From positions 7,778 through 71,777 of the forward strand of contig CAXTZG010000002.1 in assembly GCA_964248625.1 (NCBI GenBank): a DNA stretch of 64,000 nucleotides, given 5' to 3'. The position numbers and the translations under genes are program-made. This stretch comes from an uncultured Acetobacteraceae bacterium (lineage in GTDB: Bacteria; Pseudomonadota; Alphaproteobacteria; Acetobacterales; Acetobacteraceae). The notes under the pieces were generated by a model. It was not told where the DNA came from. It saw nothing but the letters and a program-made list of their open reading frames with translations, and did not search any database. Shown piece after piece: positions 38,239 through 48,297 of the stretch. Every line of letters begins with the position of its first letter. Positions within the stretch are counted from its first letter, which is position 1.

Positions 38239-39542
38239 CCGCGCTTCGGCCGGGCCGATAGCTCCAGCAGCCGCTGCGCCAGCCGCTCCGGCAGCCCGGC
38301 GGACGCATCGGCCGGCCCCCGTGCTGCCACCGCCATGCGGCCTCGCGCCTGCGGATCGGACAGCATGCGGTCCAGCCACCGCTCCAGCGCCGCCTCGTCA
38401 TCCGTCACCATGAGGCCACCCGCCGCCTGCAACCGGCCGACATCTGCCGTGAAGTTCTGCGTCAGCGGCCCGATCGCGATGGCGCAGCCCAGCCGCGCCG
38501 GCTCCAGCGGGTTATGTCCGCCGCCCGGCGGCTGCACCGTGGGCAGGCTGTTGCCGAGCAGCACGCTGTCGATCAACCGATACAGCAGCCCGAGCTCGCC
38601 CAGCGTGTCGCAGATCCAGAAGCCGTGCGTCGGGTCCGGATCCTGGCCGTCCCCGCGCCGCGGCGCATCGTCGAGCAGGGCGGCGACGGTGGCGCCGCGC
38701 TCGGGATGCCGGGGCGCCACCACGGTCAGCAGCCCTGGATGCCGGGACGCCAGCGCGCGGTGCAGCCTGGCGACCGACGCCTCCTCGCCCTCATGGGTGC
38801 TGGCGGCGAGCCAGACCGGGCGGTCGCCCAGCATGCCGCGCAGCCGCGCCTGCTCGGTCTCGTCGACCGGCAGCGCTGCCGCCGCCTGCTTGAGGTCCCC
38901 GTCATGCTCCACCGCCGGCGCGCCCAGGGCACGCAGGCGCGACGCATCCTCCTCCGAGCGCGCCGTGATCCAGTCGAAGGCGCCGAACAGCGGCCGGGCC
39001 GCGATGCCGGCCCGGCTCCAGGCGCGCGCGCTGCGCTGCGACAGGCGGGCATTGACCAGTGCCAGCGCGATGCCGCGGGCGACGCAGCCGGCGATCAGGT
39101 TCGGCCAGAGCTCGCTCTCCACCAGCACCGCGAGATCCGGCCGCCAGTGGTCCAGGAAGCGGCCGACCCAGCGCGGCACGTCGAGCGGCACGAGGCGACG
39201 CCGCACGCGACGGTCGAGGCCGCTTTCCGCCAGACGCTGCGCCGCCAGATGCTGCGCCGACACGGTGGCGGTGGTGAGCAGCAGGGTCAGCGCCGGATCG
39301 AGCCGGCACAGCGCCTCCAGCAGCGGCAGCAGCGACAGCGTCTCGCCGACGCTGGCCGCATGCAGCCAGATCAGGGGGCCGTCCGGCCGGGACGAGGCCT
39401 CCAAGCCGCGCCGCTCGCCCAGCCGATCCGCCAGCTCCTTGCCCCGGCGCAGGCGACGTCGCAGCAGCAGCCGGACCGCCGGCTCGGCCAGCATGGCCGC
39501 GATCCGCCAGGCCGCGAACGCCGGACCGAGCCTGCGTTTCAT
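38235..39542 (-). CDS. waaA: 3-deoxy-D-manno-octulosonic acid transferase
   Basis: 'IWLHAASVGE', 'ESELWPN', 'ASTHEGEE', 'APRHPERG', 'DTLGEL', 'GGHNPLEPA'. Confidence 0.95.
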   Translation of the reverse strand: MKRRLGPAFAAWRIAAMLAEPAVRLLLRRRLRRGKELADRLGERRGLEASSRPDGPLIWLHAASVGETLSLLPLLEALCRLDPALTLLLTTATVSAQHLAAQRLAESGLDRRVRRRLVPLDVPRWVGRFLDHWRPDLAVLVESELWPNLIAGCVARGIALALVNARLSQRSARAWSRAGIAARPLFGAFDWITARSEEDASRLRALGAPAVEHDGDLKQAAAALPVDETEQARLRGMLGDRPVWLAASTHEGEEASVARLHRALASRHPGLLTVVAPRHPERGATVAALLDDAPRRGDGQDPDPTHGFWICDTLGELGLLYRLIDSVLLGNSLPTVQPPGGGHNPLEPARLGCAIAIGPLTQNFTADVGRLQAAGGLMVTDDEAALERWLDRMLSDPQARGRMAVAARGPADASAGLPERLAQRLLELSARPKRG

Positions 39543-40249
39543 GCCCCGGCCTGCAGGCATGCCACGGCGGCATCGAGCGACGCGGCGATCGAAGGCACCG
39601 CCGCCGCCCAGTCGCGCGGCGGCACCGTGATCGGCGCCATGCAGACGACGCGGCCGCGTCCAAACGGCAGCGGCAGGATCATCCGGTCCCAAGAGCCGAG
39701 CCGGAACGAGGGCCGGCAGCAGGCGGCAGCCGCGATCACTGGCGCGCCCGACAGGGCGGCGAGCCGGGCGACGCCGGGCTGCACGCGGTGCCGCGGGCCG
39801 CGCGGCCCGTCCGGCGTGATGGCGACCAGACTGCCGTCGCGCAGCAGGCCCAGCAGGCTGCGCAGGGCGGCGGCACCACCCTTGTCGCGCAGGGCACGCG
39901 CGCCGGCGTCCCGGCGCCGCTCGGAAGAGCCGGCGATCGTCTGCACCCCCCAACGCCGCACGATGTCGGTGATCATCTGCCCGTCGCGATGCCGGCTGAT
40001 CAGCACCGTCATGGTCAGCGCCGGGCTCGCCCGCTTGGCATGCCACCACAGTGCCGGCACCAGCGGCAGGAACTCGTGCCAGAAGGCGACGATCGCGGTG
40101 CGTCCCTCGAGTCCCAGCATGAACGGCCAGGCCTCGTCGGGCGCCTCGACGGTCCAGCGCGTGGTGCGCAGGGCGAGGCTGAGATATCCGCCCACCAGCC
40201 GCCCGATGCCGTTGCGGACGATCCGGCTGCGCAGCACGCGCTTCAGCAT
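39539..40249 (-). CDS. DUF374 / lysophospholipid-acyltransferase-like protein
   Basis: 'AFWHE', 'LISRHRDG', 'ITPDGPRGP', 'WDRMILPLPFGR'. Conserved position before waaA. Confidence 0.85.
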   Translation of the reverse strand: MLKRVLRSRIVRNGIGRLVGGYLSLALRTTRWTVEAPDEAWPFMLGLEGRTAIVAFWHEFLPLVPALWWHAKRASPALTMTVLISRHRDGQMITDIVRRWGVQTIAGSSERRRDAGARALRDKGGAAALRSLLGLLRDGSLVAITPDGPRGPRHRVQPGVARLAALSGAPVIAAAACCRPSFRLGSWDRMILPLPFGRGRVVCMAPITVPPRDWAAAVPSIAASLDAAVACLQAGA

Positions 40250-40259
40250 GGCGCTCGGC

Positions 40260-40279
40260 GATGTTTCACGTGGAACATC
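40260..40279. other. parS chromosome-partitioning (ParB-binding) site
   Basis: GATGTTTCACGTGGAACATC, a 20-bp palindrome with one mismatch. The reverse complement core TGTTCCACGTGAAACA matches the parS consensus TGTTNCACGTGAAACA exactly. Intergenic (aroC to DUF374). Confidence 0.85.
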
Positions 40280-40336
40280 CAGGCGACGCGCGAGCATCGT
40301 CAGGCCTCCGAGCACTCCTGTGACGACGCATGATGC

Positions 40337-41410
40337 CTAGCGTCCGGTTTGGCCACGGTGCCGCAACAGGTGATCGGCCAGCACGCAGGCCAGCATCGCC
40401 TCGCCGACTGGAACCGCCCGGATGCCGACGCACGGGTCATGCCGTCCCGTGGTCGACACCTCGACCGCCTCCCCGTCGCGGGTCACCGAGGCGACCGGGG
40501 TCAGGATCGAGCTGGTCGGCTTCACCGCGAAGCGCGCCGTCACCGGCTGGCCGGTCGAGATGCCGCCCAGCACGCCGCCGGCCTGGTTGGAGCCGAACGC
40601 GATGCGTCCGTCTCGCATCGTCATCGCGTCGGCATTGTTCTCGCCGCTGAGGCTTGCGGCGGCGAACCCGGCGCCGATCTCCACGCCCTTGACCGCATTG
40701 ATGCCCATCAGCGCCGCGGCGAGATCGGCATCCAGCTTGCCGTAGAGCGGGGCCCCGAGCCCGGGCGGCACGCCATCGGCCTCCAGGGCGATGATCGCCC
40801 CCGTCGACGAGCCCTCCTTGCGCACCTGATCCAGATACGCCTCCCAGCCCGGCACGGCGGCTGCGTCGGGACAGAAGAACGGGTTGCGCCCGGTCTCGTC
40901 CCAGTCCCAGCGCGCGGGATCGATGCCGTGCGGCCCCACCTGCACCAGCGCCCCGCGGATCTGCACCCCGGGTCCGAGCACCAGCCGCGCCACGGCGCCG
41001 GCGGCCACCCGTACCGCGGTCTCCCGCGCCGAGGAGCGCCCGCCGCCGCGCGGATCGCGCAGGCCGTATTTCAGCTCGTAGGCGACATCAGCGTGCCCCG
41101 GACGATAGCGGTCGACGAGGTTGCCATAGTCCTTGCTGCGCTGGTCGACGTTTTCGATTTGCAGCGAGATCGGCGTGCCCGTCGTGTGCCCCTCGTAGGT
41201 GCCCGACAGGATGCGCACGGCATCCGGCTCGCGCCGCTGCGTGGTGAAGCGCGACTGCCCCGGCCGCCTGCGGTCGAGGAACGGCTGGATGTCGGTCTCG
41301 GACAGCGCCAGTCCCGGCGGGCAGCCATCGATCACGCAGCCGATCGCCGGCCCGTGGCTCTCGCCCCAGCTGGTGACGCGAAACAGGTGGCCAAAACTGT
41401 TGTGCGACAT
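40337..41410 (-). CDS. aroC: Chorismate synthase
   Basis: 'MSHNSFG', 'GESHG', 'RPGHAD', '[10 protein letters not shown]', 'KPTSSI', 'GRHDPC'. Confidence 0.98.
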   Translation of the reverse strand: MSHNSFGHLFRVTSWGESHGPAIGCVIDGCPPGLALSETDIQPFLDRRRPGQSRFTTQRREPDAVRILSGTYEGHTTGTPISLQIENVDQRSKDYGNLVDRYRPGHADVAYELKYGLRDPRGGGRSSARETAVRVAAGAVARLVLGPGVQIRGALVQVGPHGIDPARWDWDETGRNPFFCPDAAAVPGWEAYLDQVRKEGSSTGAIIALEADGVPPGLGAPLYGKLDADLAAALMGINAVKGVEIGAGFAAASLSGENNADAMTMRDGRIAFGSNQAGGVLGGISTGQPVTARFAVKPTSSILTPVASVTRDGEAVEVSTTGRHDPCVGIRAVPVGEAMLACVLADHLLRHRGQTGR

Positions 41411-41434
41411 CGCCCTCGGTCCGGCGCCGGACCG

Positions 41435-42274
41435 TCAGTCCTTGATGGTGGCGATGTCGGGGGCTGCCGGGTTCTTCATGCCGACCAGATGATAGCCGCT
41501 GTCGACATGATGCACCTCGCCGGTGACCCCGGCCGACAGGTCCGACAGCAGATACAGCCCGGCGCCGCCGACCTCGTCGATGCTCACGTTGCGCTCGAGC
41601 GGCGCGTTCAGCTGGTTCCATTTCAGGATGTAGCTGAAATCGCCGATGCCGCTGGCCGCCAGCGTCTTGATCGGGCCGGCCGAGATGGCGTTCACGCGAA
41701 TGCCGTCGCCGCCCAGATCGGTCGCCATGTAGCGCACCGACGCCTCCAGCGCCGCCTTGGCCACGCCCATCATGTTGTAGTGCGGCATCACCCGCTCGGC
41801 GCCGAGATAGGTCAGGGTCAGCAGCGAGCCGCCCGACTGCATCAGCGCGCTCGCCCGCCTGGCGACGGCGGTGAAGGAATAGCAGGAGATGTCGAGCGCC
41901 TGCAGAAAGGCGTCGCGCGGCGTGTCGAGGTAGCGGCCGCGCAGATACTGCTTGTCGGCCCAGCCGATCGCATGCACCAGGAAGTCGAACCTGCCCCAGG
42001 CGCTCTCGATCTGCGCGAAGGTCTCGTCCATCGCCGCATCGTCCGAAACGTCGCAGGGCAGCACGATCGTGCTGCCGACGCTGTCTGCCAGCGGCCGCAC
42101 GCGCTTCTCCAGCGCCTCGCCCTGGAAGGTGAAGGCGAGTTCGGCCCCCTGTGCGGCACAGGCCGAGGCGATGCCCCAGGCGATCGAGCGGTTGTTGGCA
42201 ACGCCCATGATCAGTCCGCGCTTGCCCTGCATCAGGGTGCCGCGGAGGGGAAGGTTGCTGGGGCCCTCTGGCAT
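41435..42274 (-). CDS. fabI: Enoyl-ACP reductase
   Basis: 'GVANNRSIAWGIA', 'YNMMGVAKAALEASVRY', 'SAGPIKTLAASGI', 'HHVDSG'. Confidence 0.97.
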   Translation of the reverse strand: MPEGPSNLPLRGTLMQGKRGLIMGVANNRSIAWGIASACAAQGAELAFTFQGEALEKRVRPLADSVGSTIVLPCDVSDDAAMDETFAQIESAWGRFDFLVHAIGWADKQYLRGRYLDTPRDAFLQALDISCYSFTAVARRASALMQSGGSLLTLTYLGAERVMPHYNMMGVAKAALEASVRYMATDLGGDGIRVNAISAGPIKTLAASGIGDFSYILKWNQLNAPLERNVSIDEVGGAGLYLLSDLSAGVTGEVHHVDSGYHLVGMKNPAAPDIATIKD

Positions 42275-42441
42275 GGACGGTCTCGATCTCGGTGGGCGGG
42301 GAATGAACTGGAAGCAGGCTGCCACGCTCGTGGTCGCACACCGCCCTGGACGGGACAAGGGGCGGACCTTCCCCCTTGGCGCGACATCCGGGGCGGAGCA
42401 GAGTTCTGCCGGTCGCGGCGCGATCCGCCTTGGAGGAAATC

Positions 42442-43044
42442 ATGGCGCATGCGCCACTCGACGTGGTCGCCGACCCGGTCGCACTGTTCCGGATCTGGCT
42501 GGACGACGCCACCGCGACCGAGCCGAACGACCCGACGGCCATGGCCCTGGCGACCGTGTCGGCAGACGGCATGCCGTCGGTGCGCATGGTGCTGCTCAAG
42601 GACGTCGATGACCGCGGCTTCGTGTTCTACACCAACAAGCAGAGCCGCAAGGCCGGACATCTGGGGGCGAGCCGCCAGGCCGGGCTGCTGTTCCATTGGA
42701 AGACCCAGCGCCGCCAGGTGCGGATCGAGGGCGCGATCGAGGATGTCGCCGACGCCGACGCCGACAGCTATTTCCGCAGCCGGGCCCGCATCTCGCGTCT
42801 GGGCGCCATCGCGTCGGATCAGTCGCGGCCGCTGCCGGAGCGCGCCGAGCTCGAACGCCGCCTGGCAGACGCCGACGCGCGCCATCCGGGCGAGGACGTG
42901 CCGCGCCCGACGCACTGGTCCGGCTACCGCGTGCTGCCGGCGCTGATGGAGTTCTGGCAGGACATGCCATACCGCCTGCACGACCGGATGGTGTATCGTC
43001 GCGACGACGGAGTCGGCTGGCAGACCACCCGTCTCTATCCCTGA
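42442..43044 (+). CDS. pdxH: Pyridoxamine 5'-phosphate oxidase
   Basis: 'MALAT', 'RMVLLK', 'FYTN..SRK', 'RQVRIEG', 'QSR', 'EFWQ....RLHDR'. RBS GGAGG present. Confidence 0.97.
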   Translation: MAHAPLDVVADPVALFRIWLDDATATEPNDPTAMALATVSADGMPSVRMVLLKDVDDRGFVFYTNKQSRKAGHLGASRQAGLLFHWKTQRRQVRIEGAIEDVADADADSYFRSRARISRLGAIASDQSRPLPERAELERRLADADARHPGEDVPRPTHWSGYRVLPALMEFWQDMPYRLHDRMVYRRDDGVGWQTTRLYP

Positions 43045-43074
43045 TCCGCCCGCCCGATCCGGTGAGGACCATCC

Positions 43075-43974
43075 ATGAGCGACATCGTCTCGATCCTGTT
43101 GCCGCTCAACGGCGCTTCCACCGACGCTGCCGCGGTGGCGCTCGGGCTTCGCCTGGCGCGGCGCTTCCAGGCGCACCTGCAGGTGCTGCATGTCGGCACC
43201 GACAGCCGGGATGTGGCGCCGCTCGCCGGCGAAGGCCTGTCCGGGGCGATGGTCGAGGAGATGATGACCGTGGCCGGGCATGACTCGAGCCGACGCCTGC
43301 TGGGCGTGCGGGCCCTGTTCCAGGCCGGCCTGAAGCAGGACGAGGCCGCGGCCGGTTCCGCGCTTGAGCTCGTCGACCGGCTGCCGCGCCCGACCGCCGC
43401 CGGGCGGCACGCCACCGTCGGCTTCCGCTCGGTGCTGGGCCGCGAGCACGAGCTGGTCGCCCATGCCGCGCGCCTGTCGGACCTGATCGTCGTGCCGCAT
43501 GCCGCATCCGAGGATACGATGTCCTCGTCGGAGGCGCTGCATGCGGTGCTGTTCGATAGCGGGCGGCCGGTGATCGTCGCATCCAGGCAGGTCCCCGACA
43601 CGATCGGCCGCCGCATCTGCATCGCCTGGAACGGCACCACCGAGAGCGCGTCGGCGGTGCTGTCGGCGATGGACTGGCTGCAGCGGGCGGACGCCGTGCA
43701 GGTGCTGTATTCGGACGACTACCAGCGGCGCGGACCCGAGGCCGGCGAGCTCGTCGACTACCTGGCCGGCCACGGCATCGACGCCCAGCCGGGGTCGTTC
43801 AGGCGGCTCGGCGAGCGGGTGGGCGCCGGGCTGCTGGCGGCCGTCGACGCGTTTGGCGCCGACCTGCTGGTGATAGGCGCCTATTCGCATTCCCGGCTGC
43901 GCCAGATGATCCTGGGCGGGGTGACCCGGCACGTCATCGAGCAGGCCACGCTGCCGGTGCTGATGGCCCGCTGA
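43075..43974 (+). CDS. Universal stress protein (tandem UspA domains)
   Basis: 'ARLSDLIV', 'SGRPV', 'IAWNGTTESA', 'GAYSHSRLRQMILGGVT'. Confidence 0.9.
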   Translation: MSDIVSILLPLNGASTDAAAVALGLRLARRFQAHLQVLHVGTDSRDVAPLAGEGLSGAMVEEMMTVAGHDSSRRLLGVRALFQAGLKQDEAAAGSALELVDRLPRPTAAGRHATVGFRSVLGREHELVAHAARLSDLIVVPHAASEDTMSSSEALHAVLFDSGRPVIVASRQVPDTIGRRICIAWNGTTESASAVLSAMDWLQRADAVQVLYSDDYQRRGPEAGELVDYLAGHGIDAQPGSFRRLGERVGAGLLAAVDAFGADLLVIGAYSHSRLRQMILGGVTRHVIEQATLPVLMAR

Positions 43975-44014
43975 AGCCCTGAACCGCGCCGGGCGTCGGG
44001 CCCGTGACGGTCCG

Positions 44015-44695
44015 CTAGATCCCCGGCATCTCGTTCACCGCCACCACGCGCCAGATGCTGTCATGCCGCTCCAGGATGGTGAGCGACAGGTTCTGCACCG
44101 ACAGCCGCAGCGACGTCGCCGCATCGACCCCGAGCGCATGGGCCGCCGCCGCGCGGATCGCGCCGCCATGGCTGACGACAACGATGTCGCGCCCGTCATG
44201 CGTGTCGGCAAGCCGCTCCAGCGTCGCGCCGACCCGGGCGCAGACCGCCACCATGCTTTCACCGCCCGGAGGCACCTCCTCGGCCGCCATCGGCCAGAAC
44301 GGGTGCGGCGTCATGCTCAGCTTCTCGGGCAGCTCGTGATGCTGCAGCCCGTGATACTCGCCCATCGACTGCTCGATCAGCCCTTCCTCCACGGTCCAGG
44401 CGGTCTCGGGGTAGCCCGCCTGCTGGATCGCATGCGCGGTGCGCTGGGTGCGCGAGAGCGGCGTGGTGACCCAGGCCGCGTCGCGCGGCAGCCGTGCCGC
44501 CAGCGCCTGGTACATCGGCACCTGGGCGATCAGGCTTTCCGGGCAGAGCGGCACGTCGAGCGAGCCATACAGCCTGAGCCGGGCGTTCTGCTCCACCAGC
44601 GCATGCCGGATCAGCCAGAAGCGCGTGATCCCGGGCGCCAGGACCGGGGTGTCGAGAAAGGCGGCGCGCTGCGTCATGGCGATCGGGTCCGGCAT
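44015..44695 (-). CDS. Histidine-phosphatase (phosphoglycerate-mutase/CobC-like) family protein
   Basis: 'LIRHA', 'PLSRTQRTA', 'EQSMG', 'PPGGES', 'VSHGGAIRA'. Confidence 0.88.
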   Translation of the reverse strand: MPDPIAMTQRAAFLDTPVLAPGITRFWLIRHALVEQNARLRLYGSLDVPLCPESLIAQVPMYQALAARLPRDAAWVTTPLSRTQRTAHAIQQAGYPETAWTVEEGLIEQSMGEYHGLQHHELPEKLSMTPHPFWPMAAEEVPPGGESMVAVCARVGATLERLADTHDGRDIVVVSHGGAIRAAAAHALGVDAATSLRLSVQNLSLTILERHDSIWRVVAVNEMPGI

Positions 44696-44772
44696 GCTGA
44701 GGTCCGAGGAGAGGTTTCCATCAGCTCAGAGCCCGGTGGCGACAAAAGGGCAAGACCGCCTGCGGTCACGGA

Positions 44773-47004
44773 TCAGATGTCGAGCCCCGGATCGGCACGC
44801 CGGCGCAGCGGCATGGCGGAGTCGAAACGGGGCTCCGGATCGAGCCGCACCAGCGCGTCCCAGCAGCGGAGCAGCAGCCCGATCTTGCCGATGATCCGGC
44901 GCACGTCGCCGATCTCGCGGGCCATCCGCGCCGAGCTGCCAAGCCCGCCATGCGACGGCTCGCCCGACAGCAGGCGCGCGCCCACCGAGATGCGCAGCGC
45001 GCCAGCCATCACGCCGTCGAGCCGGTCATGCGCGACCGGCGCCGGCTGGCCGATATGGCAGAGCAGCCGGGCCAGCGCGCGATCGTCCGCGCCGGCCGCC
45101 GCGGGCAGCGCCCCCGTCACGTCGGCATTCAGCCAGCGATAAACCAGGCGCGCCCGCGCCATGTCGAGCGGCAGGCGGTCCGGGCCGCAGCCCGCCGGCT
45201 GCAGCACCAGGAAGCTCCGGATGGTCTGGAGCTGGTCCCAGGAGGGGGCGGCCGCGTCGGCCTCCACCGGCAGGTCGTCGCGCGCCGGCGGCGGCACCAG
45301 GACCGGCACCACGTCCGGACTTGCCGCCATCGCCGCCTCGACGCCGTCAATGAAGGCAGCGGTGCGCTCTTGCGCCAGCCGGTCCGGCACCTGCGCAAAG
45401 GCCTGCATTTCGGCGACCGCCGCCTGCCAGCGCAGCACCAGGCCGAGATTGACCGTCCCGTCCGTTGCCGCAGCATCCGGAAGCACGGGCCGCGCCTCGG
45501 CCGGCCAGTCCGCTCCGCCGCCATAGGCGGCAAGCCCGGCCGGAAGCCGTCCCGGCCCGCGCAGCCGCCGTGCCAGCCGCTCCGGCAGCAGCAGCGCGCC
45601 GCAGAAGGGCGGTCCGGTGAAGAACTTGGAGCCGGTGATCATCACCATGCAGCCTTGCGCCACGTACTCCTGCACCCGCCTGCGGTCGAGCCGCGTCTGG
45701 CAGGCATCGACCACCAGCTCGAGCCGGTCACCGAGCCGCCGCTGCAGCGCGTCCAGGCAGGCGGTTCCGGGCGCCAGCAGCCCGGTCTTCGACAGGTCGA
45801 GCCGGTGCAGCAGCACCGTCCGCCCTTGCGCCGCTTCCGCCTCGGCCATGCGCAGGCAGGCCGCGTCCACGGCATCCGGCGGCAGCAGCCGCCCGCCCGC
45901 ATCCCGGATCGCCACGCTCAGCACGCGCGTGTCGTCGGAAAAGCCGTCGATCCGCTCGCCCTTGATCACGCGCCGGCCGAGCGCCGTGTCGCCGGCGAAA
46001 TGCCGACCCGCCGCCGCCAGCGGCACGCCGGCTCCGGTCTCCTCCGGCGCCAGCAGGATGTTGCTGACCGGGCGCACGACGCCCCCCGCGCCCGGCAGGC
46101 CGCACAGCGCCAGCGCGATCATCTCGGCATCGGTGCCCGAGGCCGCCAGCACGACGGCGCAGGGATCCGGCAGCCGGTAATGCGCCGCGATGGCTGCGCG
46201 CACCTGCTCGGTCTCGTCCCGCAGCGCGTCCTGCGCGCGGCCGGCGAGTGCGGCGACCGCCAGCCGTCTGCGCGCGGCTTCGGCGCCCCCGAAGCCGCGT
46301 TCCGACAGCGACGAGGCGGTGGAGGAAGCGAAGGTGACCGCCCAGGGCCGCGGGCGGTGGCTGCAGCCGTAGTGGTTCAGTCCGGTCCTCGGATCGACCG
46401 CGAGACGCGCGTCGCCGCCCTGCGCCATCAGCGTCTCGGCCGGTCCCAGCAGGCTCCAGCACTCGGCCAGCGTCCGGATCACCGGCTCCGGCATGAGACA
46501 GTCGGCCCCGCCAACGCCTGCCGCTCGCCGCAGCCGGCCGGAATGCCCCTGCAGGTTGCGCAGCCGTGCCCAGACCACGCCCAGCACGTCCGGCATCGGC
46601 ATCTCGCCGCCCGACATCGGCGCCAGCCAGGAAACCGGATCGGGATAGGCCGGCTCGTCCGCCGGCGCCGCATCCAGCAGCCAGAAGCGCGAGGCGGTCC
46701 GGGCGGCATACAGCCCGGCCAGGATCGGCAGGTCGACGGGATTGACGACGGCCGTGCCGGGCGCGGTCCGGATCACCGCATCCAGCAGCATCGAGAGCTC
46801 GATGGCATGACGGATATGGAAGGCGCAGATTCGGGTCGGCCCGAGGCAGGCGGCGCCCAGCACGACGTCGCCGCCGGGATCGACGCGGAATGCCGTGTCG
46901 AGCGAGGCGTCGAAGACGAAGCGCTGGCGGTCGCCGACGACACGCAGGTCGGGGCGATCGAGCACGGCCAGCAGCCGGGTGTTCAGGTCTTCGGCAAACA
47001 CCAC
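44773..47004 (-). CDS. Hypothetical 743-aa protein with a PLP-dependent (fold type I, class-V-like) domain
   Basis: 'AASGTDAE', 'VVDACQ', 'ITGSKFFTGPPFCGALL' (candidate PLP Lys at 45625-45627). RBS GAAGGAGG present. Confidence 0.75.
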   Translation of the reverse strand: MVFAEDLNTRLLAVLDRPDLRVVGDRQRFVFDASLDTAFRVDPGGDVVLGAACLGPTRICAFHIRHAIELSMLLDAVIRTAPGTAVVNPVDLPILAGLYAARTASRFWLLDAAPADEPAYPDPVSWLAPMSGGEMPMPDVLGVVWARLRNLQGHSGRLRRAAGVGGADCLMPEPVIRTLAECWSLLGPAETLMAQGGDARLAVDPRTGLNHYGCSHRPRPWAVTFASSTASSLSERGFGGAEAARRRLAVAALAGRAQDALRDETEQVRAAIAAHYRLPDPCAVVLAASGTDAEMIALALCGLPGAGGVVRPVSNILLAPEETGAGVPLAAAGRHFAGDTALGRRVIKGERIDGFSDDTRVLSVAIRDAGGRLLPPDAVDAACLRMAEAEAAQGRTVLLHRLDLSKTGLLAPGTACLDALQRRLGDRLELVVDACQTRLDRRRVQEYVAQGCMVMITGSKFFTGPPFCGALLLPERLARRLRGPGRLPAGLAAYGGGADWPAEARPVLPDAAATDGTVNLGLVLRWQAAVAEMQAFAQVPDRLAQERTAAFIDGVEAAMAASPDVVPVLVPPPARDDLPVEADAAAPSWDQLQTIRSFLVLQPAGCGPDRLPLDMARARLVYRWLNADVTGALPAAAGADDRALARLLCHIGQPAPVAHDRLDGVMAGALRISVGARLLSGEPSHGGLGSSARMAREIGDVRRIIGKIGLLLRCWDALVRLDPEPRFDSAMPLRRRADPGLDI

Positions 47005-47241
47005 AGCCCTCCTTCGGCGCGAGCGGTCCGTGCACGCGCACGATAGCTGGCAGGCGACGTCCAGCGAAGCGGGCGCGGTGCATCGCCCGGCGACTCTGTC
47101 TCATCGGGCGGGACGCCGGCAATGCCGCGAAACGCACCCACCGGACGCGCGGCGTGCGTTGCTCCTGCAACGGTTGCCTGAGCGCTGCAGCGCTGCCAAG
47201 CTGAACCCTCGCTGGCCTAGCGCCGAACATGGGATCGATGA

Positions 47242-48297
47242 ATGCGGATTCTCCTGACAGGCGGTTGCGGCTTTATTGGCTCTGCCGTGGTGAGGCACCT
47301 GATCCGATCCACAGCGCACGCGGTCGTCAACGTCGACAAGATGACCTATGCCGCCTCCGAGGATGCGCTGGAGGAGACGCTGCGCGATCCGCGCCATACG
47401 CTGGTGAAGGCCGACATCGCCGACCTCGCCGCGATGAAGGCGGTGTTCGACGAGCATCGGCCCGATGCCGTCATGCATCTCGCCGCGGAAAGCCATGTCG
47501 ACCGCTCGATCGACGGGCCGGCCGTGTTCATCCAGACCAACGTGGTCGGCACCTTCTCGATGCTGGAGGCGGCGCGCGCCTACTGGTCGGGGCTCGGGGG
47601 CGAGGCGAGAGCGGCGTTCCGCTTCCATCACATCTCCACCGACGAGGTGTTCGGGGCCTTGGAGGCGCACGATCCGCCTTTCACCGAGACGACGCCGTAT
47701 GATCCGCGCAGCCCCTATTCGGCGAGCAAGGCCGCCTCGGACCATCTGGTGCGCGCCTGGTACCACACCTACGGCCTGCCCGCCTTCGTCACCAACACCA
47801 CCAACAATTACGGCTTCTGGCATTTCCCCGAGAAGCTGATCCCGCTGGTCACCATCAACGCCATCGAGGGCCGCGAGCTGCCGGTCTATGGCGACGGCTC
47901 CAACGTGCGCGACTGGCTGTTCGTCGAGGATCACGCGGCCGCCCTGGTCAAGGCGGTGGAAGTGGGCGTGCCCGGCGAGACCTACGCCATCGGCGCCCGT
48001 CAGCCGCGCTCCAACCTGCAGGTGGTGCAGGCGATCTGCCGCACCCTGGACGAGCTGCGCCCCGATCCGGCCGGCCCGCGCGAGCGCCTGATCCGCTACG
48101 TGACCGACCGGCCGGGCCATGACTGGCGCTACGAGATCGATGCGAGCCATGCCGAGCGGTCGCTCGACTGGAAGGCCGACCACGACTTCGAGACCGGCAT
48201 CCGTCGCACGGTGCAGTGGTACCTGGATCATCAGGAGTGGTGGGAGGCGATCCGGTCGGGCCGCTACACCGGACAGCGCTTGGGGACAGCGGCATGA
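47242..48297 (+). CDS. rfbB: dTDP-glucose 4,6-dehydratase
   Basis: 'TGGCGFIGS', '[12 protein letters not shown]', 'STDEVFG', 'YSASK', 'DRPGHD.RY'. Confidence 0.97.
   Translation: MRILLTGGCGFIGSAVVRHLIRSTAHAVVNVDKMTYAASEDALEETLRDPRHTLVKADIADLAAMKAVFDEHRPDAVMHLAAESHVDRSIDGPAVFIQTNVVGTFSMLEAARAYWSGLGGEARAAFRFHHISTDEVFGALEAHDPPFTETTPYDPRSPYSASKAASDHLVRAWYHTYGLPAFVTNTTNNYGFWHFPEKLIPLVTINAIEGRELPVYGDGSNVRDWLFVEDHAAALVKAVEVGVPGETYAIGARQPRSNLQVVQAICRTLDELRPDPAGPRERLIRYVTDRPGHDWRYEIDASHAERSLDWKADHDFETGIRRTVQWYLDHQEWWEAIRSGRYTGQRLGTAA

Noticed and set aside
42341-42379. Possible third, degenerate copy of the palindromic repeat (CCGCCCTGGAC...CAAGGGG...CCCCTTGG) between fabI and pdxH
   Set aside because: Only about 11 nt of exact match plus a loose hairpin, which could arise by chance in GC-rich DNA. 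It needs a profile search.
47005-47241. ops/JUMPstart element upstream of rfbBACD
   Set aside because: No GGCGGTAG core was found.
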